From a virus, in IMG/VR virus record IMGVR_UViG_3300034417_000033, positions 1-64,000 of that record: a stretch of 64,000 nt of DNA. The stretch is one strand, 5' to 3'. Within the stretch, counting starts at the first letter, position 1, and each line of letters opens with the position of its first letter. The notes beneath the pieces were generated by a model. The model ran no database searches, was not told the origin of the DNA, and saw nothing but the letters and a program-made list of their open reading frames with translations. The position numbers and the translations under genes were made by a program. Of this stretch, positions 9,788-19,885 are shown piece by piece.

Positions 9788-9816
9788 AGTGTAGCATCCT
9801 ATGGAGGAAAAGTCAA
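9788..9816 (-). promoter_or_regulatory. Sigma70-type promoter
   Basis: TTGACT-17bp-TACACT; the -35 overlaps the upstream TGA stop. Confidence 0.75.
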
Positions 9817-10046
9817 CCTACAAGTTTTATCTTTGTTTTCTCTTCAGGCACTTCTACGAAGTCGGCAATTTTAAGCCCAATGTAAGTGTGATTCTTAGAT
9901 TGGAAAATTCCATGGCCGCGCATATTAGGAATCTCACCTAAAAACACGACGGCTTCGCCATCATATAATATTGCTGGGTACTGCAAAAGATCAAAGTCGG
10001 ACTTAAACTTGGTGTCAAGGACTACTAAGCTGTTTATTCTAATCAT
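9813..10046 (-). CDS. Small hypothetical protein
   Basis: VFLGEIPNMRGH motif. Confidence 0.7.
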   Translation of the reverse strand: MIRINSLVVLDTKFKSDFDLLQYPAILYDGEAVVFLGEIPNMRGHGIFQSKNHTYIGLKIADFVEVPEEKTKIKLVG

Positions 10047-10052
10047 GTTTAC

Positions 10053-11522
10053 CTATACGATTTTATATTGTTTTATTTCTTTCCCGGCGGAGTTGTATGA
10101 CACTAACCACGGAGTAAAACCCCATAGTCTTTTAATGTGCGCTAGGCACTGTGTTGCTTCCTCATCTTCAAGAAGACATCCGTTAATTATATAGTGGTGC
10201 AATTCTAATGTTCTATCACTATTTAAATTTGCATTCACAATCTGAATATTAGGAATGAGGTTGTTTACTTCGTATCGTCTAGACAATGCACGCCGAATAT
10301 CTTTGTAGCCTCGATCATCGTGAATGTTCGAAACTTCGTAATAGTCGGCATCATGATCTTCGATCCTAAACATTTTGAATTTCTCAATTACGTTAGGGCC
10401 TAGAAATTGTAATACAAAACTATCATCTCTATAGTTTTCTACAATTTCTCTAATTACTTCCATATAATTTTTTCCACAGATATCAGGAAACCATTCCCGA
10501 TCCTGTTTTGTTGGATTCTCACATGCACGTCTAATATCTCGATACATGGAAAGTCCTAACGCATATGGATTAAAATTTCCATATGCTAATTGATTGAGCA
10601 CTCCAGCATTAGTTTTAATATACTCCAACATAGTGCCGTCGCCAATCAAATCTTTGTCATACAAACGATTCATAATGTAGTCATGAGTAAAGGATGCGAA
10701 CCCTTCGTTCATTACTTGCGTTTGCATTTGTGGATAAAAATACTGCGTGATCTTACGAACAATGCGTATGATCTCTCTTTGCCATGGAGCTAAGATTGGA
10801 GAATTTTTCTCAATGAACTTTAGGATGTTCTCCTGCGGTTCCGCTGGGAACTTGCTTTCTTTCTCTTTCTTAGTCTTCTCTGGGGATTGCCATAAGTAAC
10901 TGACATTTTTTTGTAAATACTCCTCTCGTTCTGCTTGCCGTCTTGACTCTTCAGCAAAGTTAATTTTTTTAGGATGCTTGTATCTATCTATACCTTGATA
11001 TTTTAGCGCGTGGCAACTATCAAGGATTTGTTCAACTGCGTCATACCCGTAATTTTCCTCGCACTTGGAAATATAGTTTTTAGCAAAATCTAAATAGTCT
11101 ATAATACTAGATGCGTCAGTCCACATTTTGTACAAGTAATTATTTTTAAAGAAATGGTTGTGTCCAAATGCAGCATGTGCAATTACAACTGCTTGCACTG
11201 TTGCTGTGTTGTTTTCCATTAGATAGTTTATGCAAGGGTTTGCGTTAATAACTAACTCATACGCAAGTCCAGATTCGCCCGATTTATAACTTCTATCTTG
11301 TTGTAAAAAGTGTTTGCCGAAACTCCAATGGTTATAATTTATTGGCATGCCCACAGATGTGTATGCAGTAACCATATGCTCTGACGAAACAATTTCTAAT
11401 TGATTAGGGTAAACATCTAAGCCCATTTCTTCTACAGCGATTGTTTGGCATTCAGCGTAGATGTTTTTTAATGTGTTGGTGTCCCAATCGACGCCATCAA
11501 ACAATCTTTTTTTAGACGCCAT
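10053..11522 (-). CDS. spoVR: SpoVR / YcgB family protein
   Basis: GMPINYNHWSFGK, GLAYELVIN, AHAAFGHNHFFKNN, QTQVMNEGFASF. Confidence 0.95.
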   Translation of the reverse strand: MASKKRLFDGVDWDTNTLKNIYAECQTIAVEEMGLDVYPNQLEIVSSEHMVTAYTSVGMPINYNHWSFGKHFLQQDRSYKSGESGLAYELVINANPCINYLMENNTATVQAVVIAHAAFGHNHFFKNNYLYKMWTDASSIIDYLDFAKNYISKCEENYGYDAVEQILDSCHALKYQGIDRYKHPKKINFAEESRRQAEREEYLQKNVSYLWQSPEKTKKEKESKFPAEPQENILKFIEKNSPILAPWQREIIRIVRKITQYFYPQMQTQVMNEGFASFTHDYIMNRLYDKDLIGDGTMLEYIKTNAGVLNQLAYGNFNPYALGLSMYRDIRRACENPTKQDREWFPDICGKNYMEVIREIVENYRDDSFVLQFLGPNVIEKFKMFRIEDHDADYYEVSNIHDDRGYKDIRRALSRRYEVNNLIPNIQIVNANLNSDRTLELHHYIINGCLLEDEEATQCLAHIKRLWGFTPWLVSYNSAGKEIKQYKIV

Positions 11523-12804
11523 ACTTTTCCCTCTTCTTTTCAAATAAGTTTTTAAACACAGCGTATATTTCTTGCTCGCTGCCTATTTCTCTTACTTGTA
11601 AATGTTTACATATCGAAGCCAACTTTGTGTATAGCTGCCACAAATTGCCTACAGCTTTTCCTGTACGGCTTCTTGGCGCTTTAGCGATTTCAATGTATGC
11701 AAAATATTGGCAAGTTGGTAATATTTCATCTGTAAGTATTTTCTCAACATGGCGATTGTCACTTTCGTAATTGTCGCCGTCTGTAGCTTGGGCATAATAT
11801 ATATTATAATCTGATGCAGGGTAACGTTCTTTCTGGATTTTTTCTGCAACAGCAAATGCTGAAGAAACTATTGTGCCGCCCGTCTCTTTGTCATAAAAGA
11901 ACTGTTCCTCTGTGCATTCTCTAGCATCAGCATGATGTCGAATAAAAACTAATTCAACCTTCTCATATTTTTTGTGCAAGAACCAATACAATAATGTAAA
12001 GAATTTCTTAGCAATCATTTTATGATATTCTTCCATACTTCCAGACACGTCCATTACACAAAACATCACTGCTTTGCTAACAGGCTTAGGAACTTTATCA
12101 AAGTTTTTGTATCTTAAATCTATAGGATCGATAAAAGAAATATAATTTAATTTATGTCGCAACTTTTCGATTTGCTCTACAATTAATTTGATTTCTTCTT
12201 CGTTGCCTTTCTTATTTTCTAACTCTTCTATTTTTGCAAGTAATGCAGCAATCTCTTTATCGGATGGCGACTTTAAAGCAATTCTTCTTCCCAGACTGTT
12301 CTTCATTGTTCTAACTAAATCTAATGACGCCGGTGTGCCGTTGCAAGTAAATCCTGCCCGTTGCATTTTATATTCCGTTATGTCTTGATCAGAAGTTTTA
12401 ACTAAATTAGGAAGTTCCATATCTTCAAACAATATGTCATAGAACTCATCTTTGGAAATCGTAAAAGTAAATTCATCGTCGCCCTCACCACTGTCAGATG
12501 CTTTGGGTTCGCCACCTTCTCCTCGTTGAGGCTTTTCAATCAAGTCACCTGGAATATAGTTTTTATTTCCAGGCAATACTCGATCGGTTTGTCCAGTCTG
12601 TGTGTCATTGTTAAACGTAGGTTCGCCAATGCCGCCAGTTGTTATTGTAATATTTTCGCTGTCGTCTGAGGTTATTGATCTTTTGGAGAATCCTTCCTGC
12701 ACCTTACGCTTTAATTGATCCTTAACTTTCTTAAGGAAGCGTTGGCGGTTGGAAGAATTCTTATCTCCAGATGTTCCTCTTCGATCTACAATGGTGTAAT
12801 CCAT
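11512..12804 (-). CDS. yeaH: YeaH/YhbH (DUF444, vWA-like) protein
   Basis: IVDRR..NRQRF, AVMFCVMDVSGSM, FIRHH, ETGGT, QATDGDN. Confidence 0.95.
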   Translation of the reverse strand: MDYTIVDRRGTSGDKNSSNRQRFLKKVKDQLKRKVQEGFSKRSITSDDSENITITTGGIGEPTFNNDTQTGQTDRVLPGNKNYIPGDLIEKPQRGEGGEPKASDSGEGDDEFTFTISKDEFYDILFEDMELPNLVKTSDQDITEYKMQRAGFTCNGTPASLDLVRTMKNSLGRRIALKSPSDKEIAALLAKIEELENKKGNEEEIKLIVEQIEKLRHKLNYISFIDPIDLRYKNFDKVPKPVSKAVMFCVMDVSGSMEEYHKMIAKKFFTLLYWFLHKKYEKVELVFIRHHADARECTEEQFFYDKETGGTIVSSAFAVAEKIQKERYPASDYNIYYAQATDGDNYESDNRHVEKILTDEILPTCQYFAYIEIAKAPRSRTGKAVGNLWQLYTKLASICKHLQVREIGSEQEIYAVFKNLFEKKREKYGV

Positions 12805-12813
12805 TTGTACCTC

Positions 12814-14763
12814 TTAGGAAGATTTGCGGGCCCTTATGAACCACTCAGTTAAACGATTTATTTGACGTTCGCTGTAACCTTTGTCTTTCATCCTAGAAAC
12901 AAAATCGTTTCTTTTCTTTTCGTCGTCTTTGTTTGCTTTAGTGCCAAGACTAATAATAGGAAGCAAGTCTTCAGTTGAGGAAAAGATTTTCTTCTCAATG
13001 ACTTCTGCTAACTTCTCGTAACTGTTCCAACGAGGAGATGCGCCTCTATTTTTTGCTTTAGATCGTAATACAAAATTAACAACTTCAGAACGGAAGTCTT
13101 TTGGATTTGCAATTCCAGCAGGCTTTTCAATCTTTTCAAGTTCGTCATTAAGTATAGATCGGTCAAACATTTCGCCTGTGTTTGGATCGCGGTAGTCAAT
13201 GTCTTGCAACCACGAGTCAGCATAAGCGAGATATGTTTCAAATACATTTTGCCCATATTCGGAAAAAGACTCCACGTATGCACGTTGAATTTCTGTCCCA
13301 ATGAACTCTTTGTATTCCTCTGCCATGTAAGACTTAATAAACCCAATGTATAACTCTTCTTTCTCTGCGGAAAACTGCTCTTGCTTAATTGCGTTTTCAA
13401 GAACATACATTAGGTGTATTGGGTCAGCTGCAATTTCATCTTTGTCGAAGTTAAATGTCTGCGACAACACTTTAAACGCAAATCTAGTTGACGAGCCGGA
13501 CATGCCCTCGTTGACACCGGCAGCATCAGTATACTCTTGGTATGCTTTTACATTCGGGTCCTTGTTTTTAAGATTTTCACCGTTGTACACGCGCATTTTT
13601 GTCACAAGGTTTAAATTATTCTCATGAGTTTTCAATCTTGTTAAAACAGAAAAGTCTGCAAGCAACTCCAAAGTCTTTGGTGCGCATGGGTTATTTGCAA
13701 GCTGAGAATTTTCAAGCATCTTCTTGTAGATTTTAAGTTCTTCATCTCTACGCAAGCAGTATGGCACTTTAACAATGTAAATACGATCGATAAACGCCTC
13801 GTTATTTTTATTGTTTCTAAATGTTTGCCATTCTGATTCGTTGGAGTGAGCTAATACTACGCCTTGGAATGGAATAGCACCCAATCCGTCTTCTGTGCCT
13901 TTATAGTTGCCTTCCTGCGTAGCAGTTAGCAACGGGTGTAAAACTTTAATCGGGGCTTTGAACATTTCCACAAACTCAACAATGCCCTGGTTACCACGGC
14001 ATAATGCGCCATTGTATCCGTAAGCATCGGTATCATGCTGTGCGAAATATTCTAGTTTTCTAATTTCAATCTTACCAACCAAGGACGATATATCTTGGTT
14101 GTTTTCATCACCAGGTTCAGTTTTAATAATTGCAACTTGGTTAAGTTTGTTAGGCCAAATTTTAATTACTTTAAACTTTCTGATATCTTTTATTTCCGAC
14201 AAGCGTTTTACTGCCCACGGACTTGCAATTACCCCTTTTACATATCTTGAAGGAATATTGTATTCAGTTTCGAGTGCTGCTACAAGCTCAGGCTCTTCAG
14301 AGAACAAACCAAATGGAGACTCAAATACTGGGGAAATTTCATTCCCGTATTTAAGAACATAGATAGGCTCTTTCTGCATCAACTCTTTCAAACGTTCTGC
14401 AATACTAGACTTAGCAGATCCGACTGGGCCAAGCAAATACAGGATTTGCTTTTTCTCTTCGAGACCTTGTGCAGCGTGTCTGAAATAACCAACAATACGT
14501 TCAATTGTTTCTTCCATGCCATAGAAATCCTCAAAAGGCTTGTATCTTTTGATTGGCTTGTTTTGGAAGACTCTGGATAGCTTGGAGTCCGTAGATGTGT
14601 CTACTGTTTCAGGCTCGCCAATAGCAGCTATCATTCTTTCAGCTGCCGTTGCGTATACTGCGGGGGTTGTTTTACAGAGATTTAAGAATTCTTCTAACGT
14701 AAACTCTTCTTCTTTTCTCTCGTTTATGAGATTTGAATAAATACCGAATAAGTTACTAACCAC
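12814..14763 (-). CDS. prkA: PrkA/YeaG AAA+ serine kinase
   Basis: LYLLGPVGSAKSS, EPGDENNQDIS, EFVEMFKAPIKVLHPLLTATQEG, AHSNESEW. Confidence 0.97.
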   Translation of the reverse strand: MVSNLFGIYSNLINERKEEEFTLEEFLNLCKTTPAVYATAAERMIAAIGEPETVDTSTDSKLSRVFQNKPIKRYKPFEDFYGMEETIERIVGYFRHAAQGLEEKKQILYLLGPVGSAKSSIAERLKELMQKEPIYVLKYGNEISPVFESPFGLFSEEPELVAALETEYNIPSRYVKGVIASPWAVKRLSEIKDIRKFKVIKIWPNKLNQVAIIKTEPGDENNQDISSLVGKIEIRKLEYFAQHDTDAYGYNGALCRGNQGIVEFVEMFKAPIKVLHPLLTATQEGNYKGTEDGLGAIPFQGVVLAHSNESEWQTFRNNKNNEAFIDRIYIVKVPYCLRRDEELKIYKKMLENSQLANNPCAPKTLELLADFSVLTRLKTHENNLNLVTKMRVYNGENLKNKDPNVKAYQEYTDAAGVNEGMSGSSTRFAFKVLSQTFNFDKDEIAADPIHLMYVLENAIKQEQFSAEKEELYIGFIKSYMAEEYKEFIGTEIQRAYVESFSEYGQNVFETYLAYADSWLQDIDYRDPNTGEMFDRSILNDELEKIEKPAGIANPKDFRSEVVNFVLRSKAKNRGASPRWNSYEKLAEVIEKKIFSSTEDLLPIISLGTKANKDDEKKRNDFVSRMKDKGYSERQINRLTEWFIRARKSS

Positions 14764-14803
14764 GGAACCTCCTTATTCTTTAGTTTTTTATTGTTATTAA
14801 TAT

Positions 14804-14811
14804 TACTTATC
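14804..14811 (-). promoter_or_regulatory. Late-like promoter variant GATAAGTA upstream of prkA
   Basis: One mismatch to GATAAATA; lies just downstream of the ligase terminator. Confidence 0.45.
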
Positions 14812-14839
14812 TGTTTGTTCGAATAGAATATGGCTTTCC

Positions 14840-14864
14840 AGAAAGAAGGGCGTTTCCGCCCATC
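14840..14864 (-). terminator. Intrinsic terminator after ligase
   Basis: GGGCG-GAAA-CGCCC followed by TTCTTTCT. Confidence 0.65.
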
Positions 14865-14870
14865 GAACTG

Positions 14871-16208
14871 CTACTCTATTTTGGATGAATGGTCGGCGAT
14901 ACTTTTGTCATACCTCCGTTCTTCAAAACGCGGCAAGAACAACGAATCTACATTAGCTCGATTTGCACCTTTGCTTTTGATACGCTCGTTGTATTTTACA
15001 GTGACAATGCAACCAATCCAGTCATCAATGTCATCAGTAATTTCTTGACGCAGTGCATCTGAGAATCCGCTAATGCTAACTTCTACTCCGCCATCAGCAG
15101 ACTGACAAACTAGCGAACCGATCAGCTTTTCGTTTTTGGTTCCAGGAGTGCCCGGATTCCAACCAGTAACAACAAGCTCACATTCCTTTTCAGATTTCAT
15201 TTTTACTAAATCTTTGGAACGTTTGTCTTCCCAAATACCAGCTACGTTTTTAAGCATGGTGCCTTCTTCGCCTGCATTGAGCATTTCTTCAAAATGGTCA
15301 AGTGCTTCAGCTAAGTTATGCACAATGCGATTTTCAGTAACTGCAATCTTAGATGAACCAGATAACACTTTCACAAAATTATCAGTGCTATCACTTTTAA
15401 CAATGGAGCACAACGTTGCGTAGCGGGCATCGTACGCTGTTTTAAACACCTTCTTAACGAAGTCTGCATGTGGGATCCAATCCCACAACTTAATGCAAAC
15501 TCGGCTCGCTTCATCTTCAGAAATGGTTCCCTTAATCGCTTTGTTAAGGATACCATTGCCCTTTTTGCGAGACATTACAGTGCCGTCATGATTCAGAACA
15601 ACAAGTTCTCCATCAAATACGCACTTTCTGTTTCGGAAGGGTTCGAAAGCTGCTTCCAAATGCCCTAACGTGTCGATTGGCTTGCCCGACCGACCAAAAA
15701 TCAAAATGCTTTCCGGAGTACAGTGTACGTTAGCTCGCATCCCATCAGATTTTACTTGGGAAATTGCAGGATACACAATTGCCTTAATGCTTTTCTCGTC
15801 ATACCCTTTGCCTAGCAAGCAAGGATATGTTGGAACTAAATCATCCCACACTTTGTTTACTGTAGATTCTTGAATTCCGCAGCGCAAGTCTTTCTTAATG
15901 ATTCGCTCTGCAATTACTGCATCGCCAGATTCTAACTTAGACAACAAGTTAGACAAATGGTTTTGTGCTGCATGGCCTGTCACTTTACGCTGTGTCAAAT
16001 CCTTAATGCCTTCTAAGAATTCTACTAACGTAATTGTTTCAGTGTGGCGCGTGTATGCTGGGATCTTTTGAATGAAGTATTGTGTGTATGGATTAAGTGC
16101 TGCGTTGAAAATTGATTTTAAAAGTTCGTTGCTCTTGTTGTTTGATAAAATTTGAAGTTTGTCATTTCTGCCTGGAGTTGCTTCTAATGTATCAAATAAG
16201 TTCTTCAT
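14871..16208 (-). CDS. ATP-dependent DNA ligase (T4 gp30-like)
   Basis: QVKSDGMR, FDGEL, EEGTMLK, WEDKRSK..KMK, SLFLPRF. Confidence 0.95.
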   Translation of the reverse strand: MKNLFDTLEATPGRNDKLQILSNNKSNELLKSIFNAALNPYTQYFIQKIPAYTRHTETITLVEFLEGIKDLTQRKVTGHAAQNHLSNLLSKLESGDAVIAERIIKKDLRCGIQESTVNKVWDDLVPTYPCLLGKGYDEKSIKAIVYPAISQVKSDGMRANVHCTPESILIFGRSGKPIDTLGHLEAAFEPFRNRKCVFDGELVVLNHDGTVMSRKKGNGILNKAIKGTISEDEASRVCIKLWDWIPHADFVKKVFKTAYDARYATLCSIVKSDSTDNFVKVLSGSSKIAVTENRIVHNLAEALDHFEEMLNAGEEGTMLKNVAGIWEDKRSKDLVKMKSEKECELVVTGWNPGTPGTKNEKLIGSLVCQSADGGVEVSISGFSDALRQEITDDIDDWIGCIVTVKYNERIKSKGANRANVDSLFLPRFEERRYDKSIADHSSKIE

Positions 16209-16479
16209 CGGTCAGCTCAAAGTAGGTAGGTAAAAGTTTGTTGAGTGGAATTCCACTCTCTATTGAATCTATTAATTTCATTGTTTCTGAACGTGTAGCG
16301 CCTGCAAGTGGAACAACGTATATTTTACTGGGGTTGTTTAAAGTGGACGACAAATATGCACCGGCTACGTTAGTGTGGCAAAGGAACTTAGAAATTATAA
16401 AATAAGTTCCTGCTACACCAGGTTCAATATCACCGTTAACTAATAAGCAATCTTCAAAAAACGTAAACACTTTACTCAT
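16192..16479 (-). CDS. Hypothetical protein
   Basis: ORF overlapping both neighbours in operon fashion. Confidence 0.65.
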   Translation of the reverse strand: MSKVFTFFEDCLLVNGDIEPGVAGTYFIISKFLCHTNVAGAYLSSTLNNPSKIYVVPLAGATRSETMKLIDSIESGIPLNKLLPTYFELTDEELI

Positions 16480-18277
16480 GTCGTCGCTCCAATAATTCTA
16501 TAACTTCTTCCCTGTTGATCGTTTCACGTTCCACCAATACATCTGCCATTTTTTCGAGTATGTCTTTGTTCTGGATTAACAACTCTATAGCAGTATTATA
16601 GCTCCTTCTTAGTATCATGTCAACTTCTTTATCAATTAAATTTCCCATAGCTTCAGAATAATCACGACGTCTGTCATAGTCGTGTGCAGTAAGACCCACG
16701 TCACTCAATCCCCACTTAGTCACCATGTTTCTACAGATGCTAGTTGCCCGAGTAAGGTCGTTTGACGCGCCGGTTGTCACAAACTCTTTTCCATAAACAA
16801 CTTCTTCCGCTGCGCGGCCTGCTAATAGGGTTGTTAAAATTCCGTCCAATTTTCTCTTAGAGTAATTGTGTGATTCCACATCTGGTAAAAACATAGTTAC
16901 ACCAAGGCTGCGCGAACGTGGAACAATACTGACTTTATACACCTCGTCGTGCTCTGGAGATAAATGTCCAACAATTGCATGGCCTGCTTCATGTATTGCA
17001 GTAAGTCTAATTTCCGATGGATTCATTTTCTTTGGACTTTCATGCCCCATCATTACTTTATCTTTGGCTCTGTCTAAATCATTTATTCCCACTACATCTC
17101 TGTGATCTCTGGCGGCAAAAATTGCACCTTCGTTAACTAGCTTTGCAATGTCAGCTCCGGAGAAGCCAGGTGTCCCTTTTGCTAAGAACAATGTGTTGCT
17201 TTCAGAAACGTCTGAGATAATTTTTGACAAATGGATATTAATAATTTTCATTCTAGAATCTAAATCCGGAAGACCAAGTGTAACAATCCTATCAAATCTG
17301 CCTGGGCGTAGCAAAGCAGGATCTAAAGATTCAATACGGTTAGTTGCACCAATAATAATTACTCCTCCTGATCCTTCAAAACCATCCATTTCAACCAATA
17401 GCTGGTTTAGTGTTTGTTCCTTAGAGTTTGATCCAGATCCATTACCACGGTGTCCTCCCACTGCGTCAATTTCGTCAATAAATATGATTGCTTGTGTTTC
17501 TTGTCTAGCTTCTTCGAACATGCTTCTTATTCTGCTTGCACCTGTACCCACAAGCATTTCTTCAAACTCTGATCCACTCGATGAATAGAATGGTATGCCA
17601 GCTTCTTTGGCAATAGCTTTGCACACTAATGTCTTTCCAGTGCCGGGAGGTCCTGACAGTAAAATACCTCTGGGAATTTTTGCTTTTACTTTAGCATATT
17701 GCTCTGCGTTTTTAAGGAAGTCTACAATCTCTTGGATTTCCTGCATATCTTCTTCAGACCCAGCAACATCTTTAAATGTTACGTCTATATCTTCTGGATC
17801 GATACGCCTAGCTCTAGACTTACCCATCTCTGATAAGTGGTCTCCTCTAGGCGTGGATTTTTTGGATAACCAAAACATTGCAATAATTAAAACAAACACT
17901 GGCAACAGTGCTATAAGAGATGTTAGGCCAATAGACGATGCTGTAGTATTAGTAGAGTCTGAGTTTGACACATATACAGGGATGCCTTTCTTTGTAAGTT
18001 TTTCTACAATGGGATCGATGTTACTAATAACAGTTGATGATTTGCGGGCTCGCTTGTTATCGACATAGGATACTTTTCTGCCAGTTACTTTAAGTTCAGT
18101 AATTTGGCCAGTAGTATAGTCGTTTATAAACTCGGTATAGCTAACTTCGTTAGGTACAGTAGTGTAAAGCGTATCTGCTACTTGGAGAAGTAGCAGTACG
18201 GAAATTACGAGTAACAGAGTAATTATGGTTTTAGATAAAAACGTCTTTTTGATGGGTGTTTCAGTCTTGGTTTGCAT
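16472..18277 (-). CDS. ftsH: ATP-dependent zinc metalloprotease FtsH
   Basis: Two TMs, GPPGTGKT, FIDEIDAVG, EQTLNQLLVEMDGF, LLRPGRFDR, HEAGH. Confidence 0.97.
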   Translation of the reverse strand: MQTKTETPIKKTFLSKTIITLLLVISVLLLLQVADTLYTTVPNEVSYTEFINDYTTGQITELKVTGRKVSYVDNKRARKSSTVISNIDPIVEKLTKKGIPVYVSNSDSTNTTASSIGLTSLIALLPVFVLIIAMFWLSKKSTPRGDHLSEMGKSRARRIDPEDIDVTFKDVAGSEEDMQEIQEIVDFLKNAEQYAKVKAKIPRGILLSGPPGTGKTLVCKAIAKEAGIPFYSSSGSEFEEMLVGTGASRIRSMFEEARQETQAIIFIDEIDAVGGHRGNGSGSNSKEQTLNQLLVEMDGFEGSGGVIIIGATNRIESLDPALLRPGRFDRIVTLGLPDLDSRMKIINIHLSKIISDVSESNTLFLAKGTPGFSGADIAKLVNEGAIFAARDHRDVVGINDLDRAKDKVMMGHESPKKMNPSEIRLTAIHEAGHAIVGHLSPEHDEVYKVSIVPRSRSLGVTMFLPDVESHNYSKRKLDGILTTLLAGRAAEEVVYGKEFVTTGASNDLTRATSICRNMVTKWGLSDVGLTAHDYDRRRDYSEAMGNLIDKEVDMILRRSYNTAIELLIQNKDILEKMADVLVERETINREEVIELLERRHE

Positions 18278-18281
18278 TGTG

Positions 18282-18289
18282 TATTTATC
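18282..18289 (-). promoter_or_regulatory. Late-like promoter GATAAATA (leaderless ftsH)
   Basis: 4 nt before the ATG at 18277; no SD. Confidence 0.6.
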
Positions 18290-18307
18290 TACAAAACGCG
18301 ATCTATT

Positions 18308-18634
18308 TTACCACAGACTAAGTCCATCAGGAGGTAATATCTCAATGACTATTTTTTTGTTTCCTTCATTGATAGCCTGTGTTACTGCTTCCTGTAAATC
18401 GATGTCTTCTTGCTTTCTTGCATACCACGTCACGTTGTATGGGGACGACACAAAGCCTTGCATTGCTAATACGCACTCGGACATATACTCACTAAAATCT
18501 GGGAAATGATTAGTATCGTATTCCCCAAGGATTTCTAAAATTTGATCATACATAATGATTTGCATTTCGCTCTTCTTTCCAGAATCAGCTTGTATGATTT
18601 TATACACTTTACCAATCTCGTTTAGATCAATCAT
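18308..18634 (-). CDS. Hypothetical protein
   Basis: ORF with SD GGAG; TATAAATA at 18662-18669. Confidence 0.7.
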   Translation of the reverse strand: MIDLNEIGKVYKIIQADSGKKSEMQIIMYDQILEILGEYDTNHFPDFSEYMSECVLAMQGFVSSPYNVTWYARKQEDIDLQEAVTQAINEGNKKIVIEILPPDGLSLW

Positions 18635-18678
18635 TTTATCTCCAAAAAGTTAATGACGTAGTATTTATATTCGTTGTG

Positions 18679-18969
18679 TTACAGATCGTAAAAAAGTAGA
18701 GTACTGTCGTCATATATTGAATAACAAACGTTGTCTGGTAAGAAAAAGTATGTGTTTTCTATCCACCCTGCTGGTCCGTCTTTCCAAATTAATATGCTGT
18801 TGGCTTTGCCGAAGCCCCTTTCATAAACTTCTTTTTTTGCGTATACTTTTAAATTTTTAGTGTCGTAGCCCTCTTCTTTTGCGTATTCTTTTAGTTGAAA
18901 ATAAAGTTTTTGTGCGTGGTAATACGAATTCAGGGATTCGCATTCCTTCCAATGTGCGTTCGTTCTCAT
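18679..18969 (-). CDS. Hypothetical protein
   Basis: Co-oriented ORF. Confidence 0.65.
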   Translation of the reverse strand: MRTNAHWKECESLNSYYHAQKLYFQLKEYAKEEGYDTKNLKVYAKKEVYERGFGKANSILIWKDGPAGWIENTYFFLPDNVCYSIYDDSTLLFYDL

Positions 18970-18989
18970 GGCAAGTCCTTTAGAAAGTT

Positions 18990-19280
18990 TTACATAAACA
19001 TATATTTTAGAATTACAGATGCTAAGTGGTTATTTCCCTCCTCTAGTGCTTTTTTAATTCGTAAGACATCATTCACAGAATGACTGAAGTCCCGCGACAG
19101 CTTAGTTATTACATTTTTAGTTCTTAGTTGGTCGATTTCTTCGCCAGACAAGTTGCATGCCTGTATATAAGACTGGAATATTTTAGATTTGTTAAAGTCT
19201 TCTTCATATAAAGAGACTATGTCCAATGGGCCGATCTTTCCACCCATTGCGTGCCACACTAGCAACTCCTTGCTAATCAT
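18990..19280 (-). CDS. Hypothetical protein
   Basis: ORF with SD GGAG. Confidence 0.65.
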   Translation of the reverse strand: MISKELLVWHAMGGKIGPLDIVSLYEEDFNKSKIFQSYIQACNLSGEEIDQLRTKNVITKLSRDFSHSVNDVLRIKKALEEGNNHLASVILKYMFM

Positions 19281-19283
19281 TTC

Positions 19284-19823
19284 TTACTCCAATCTAGAGT
19301 TTATACGATCCCAGTCCACGATTTTCCAAAAATTATTGATATACTTTTCTTTGTTTGCGCCATAGTCGCTGAGATAGGAGTGTTCCCACATATCTATGAT
19401 AAGAAGAATATCTTTTTTAGGTTCGTGATTTTTTATTATTTTTATTTTTCCGGTATCCGACAGATAACACCATCCAGATCCGTGTATTGCTAGTGCTGCT
19501 TCCGTAAATGAGTCTTTAAAAGAATCATAGGAGCCAAAAATAGAGGTGACGAAATCTTTTATTCTCCCTGTAGCAGATTTCCCCGATGGAGTTGTGAATT
19601 GCTCGAAGAATTTGTTATGGAGAACAACGCCGCCTACAAAAAAGTCATCTGTTTCGCCTGCGTTGACTTTCTCGACGTAGTTTTTGTGCAGAGTGTTATA
19701 ATGGAAATCTAAATTTTCTTTTGATAGGATAGGGGCCAAAGCATCGAGTTTATAAGACAGCTTTACTCGATATGCTTCAGTTTGCGATTCAACAAGTGTA
19801 ATATACTTTCTAAATTCGCTCAT
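19284..19823 (-). CDS. sod: Fe/Mn superoxide dismutase (compact)
   Basis: LAPILS..FHYNTLHKNY, LHNKFF, GSGWCYL, DMWEHSY..YGANKEKYINNFWKIVDW. Confidence 0.92.
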   Translation of the reverse strand: MSEFRKYITLVESQTEAYRVKLSYKLDALAPILSKENLDFHYNTLHKNYVEKVNAGETDDFFVGGVVLHNKFFEQFTTPSGKSATGRIKDFVTSIFGSYDSFKDSFTEAALAIHGSGWCYLSDTGKIKIIKNHEPKKDILLIIDMWEHSYLSDYGANKEKYINNFWKIVDWDRINSRLE

Positions 19824-19853
19824 TATAAAAACCAATACTTTTTATTATAATAG

Positions 19854-19861
19854 TATTTATC
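19854..19861 (-). promoter_or_regulatory. Late-like promoter GATAAATA upstream of sod
   Basis: Exact motif in the intergenic gap. Confidence 0.6.
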
Positions 19862-19885
19862 AGTTTTAATAAAACTTCGGATTTA

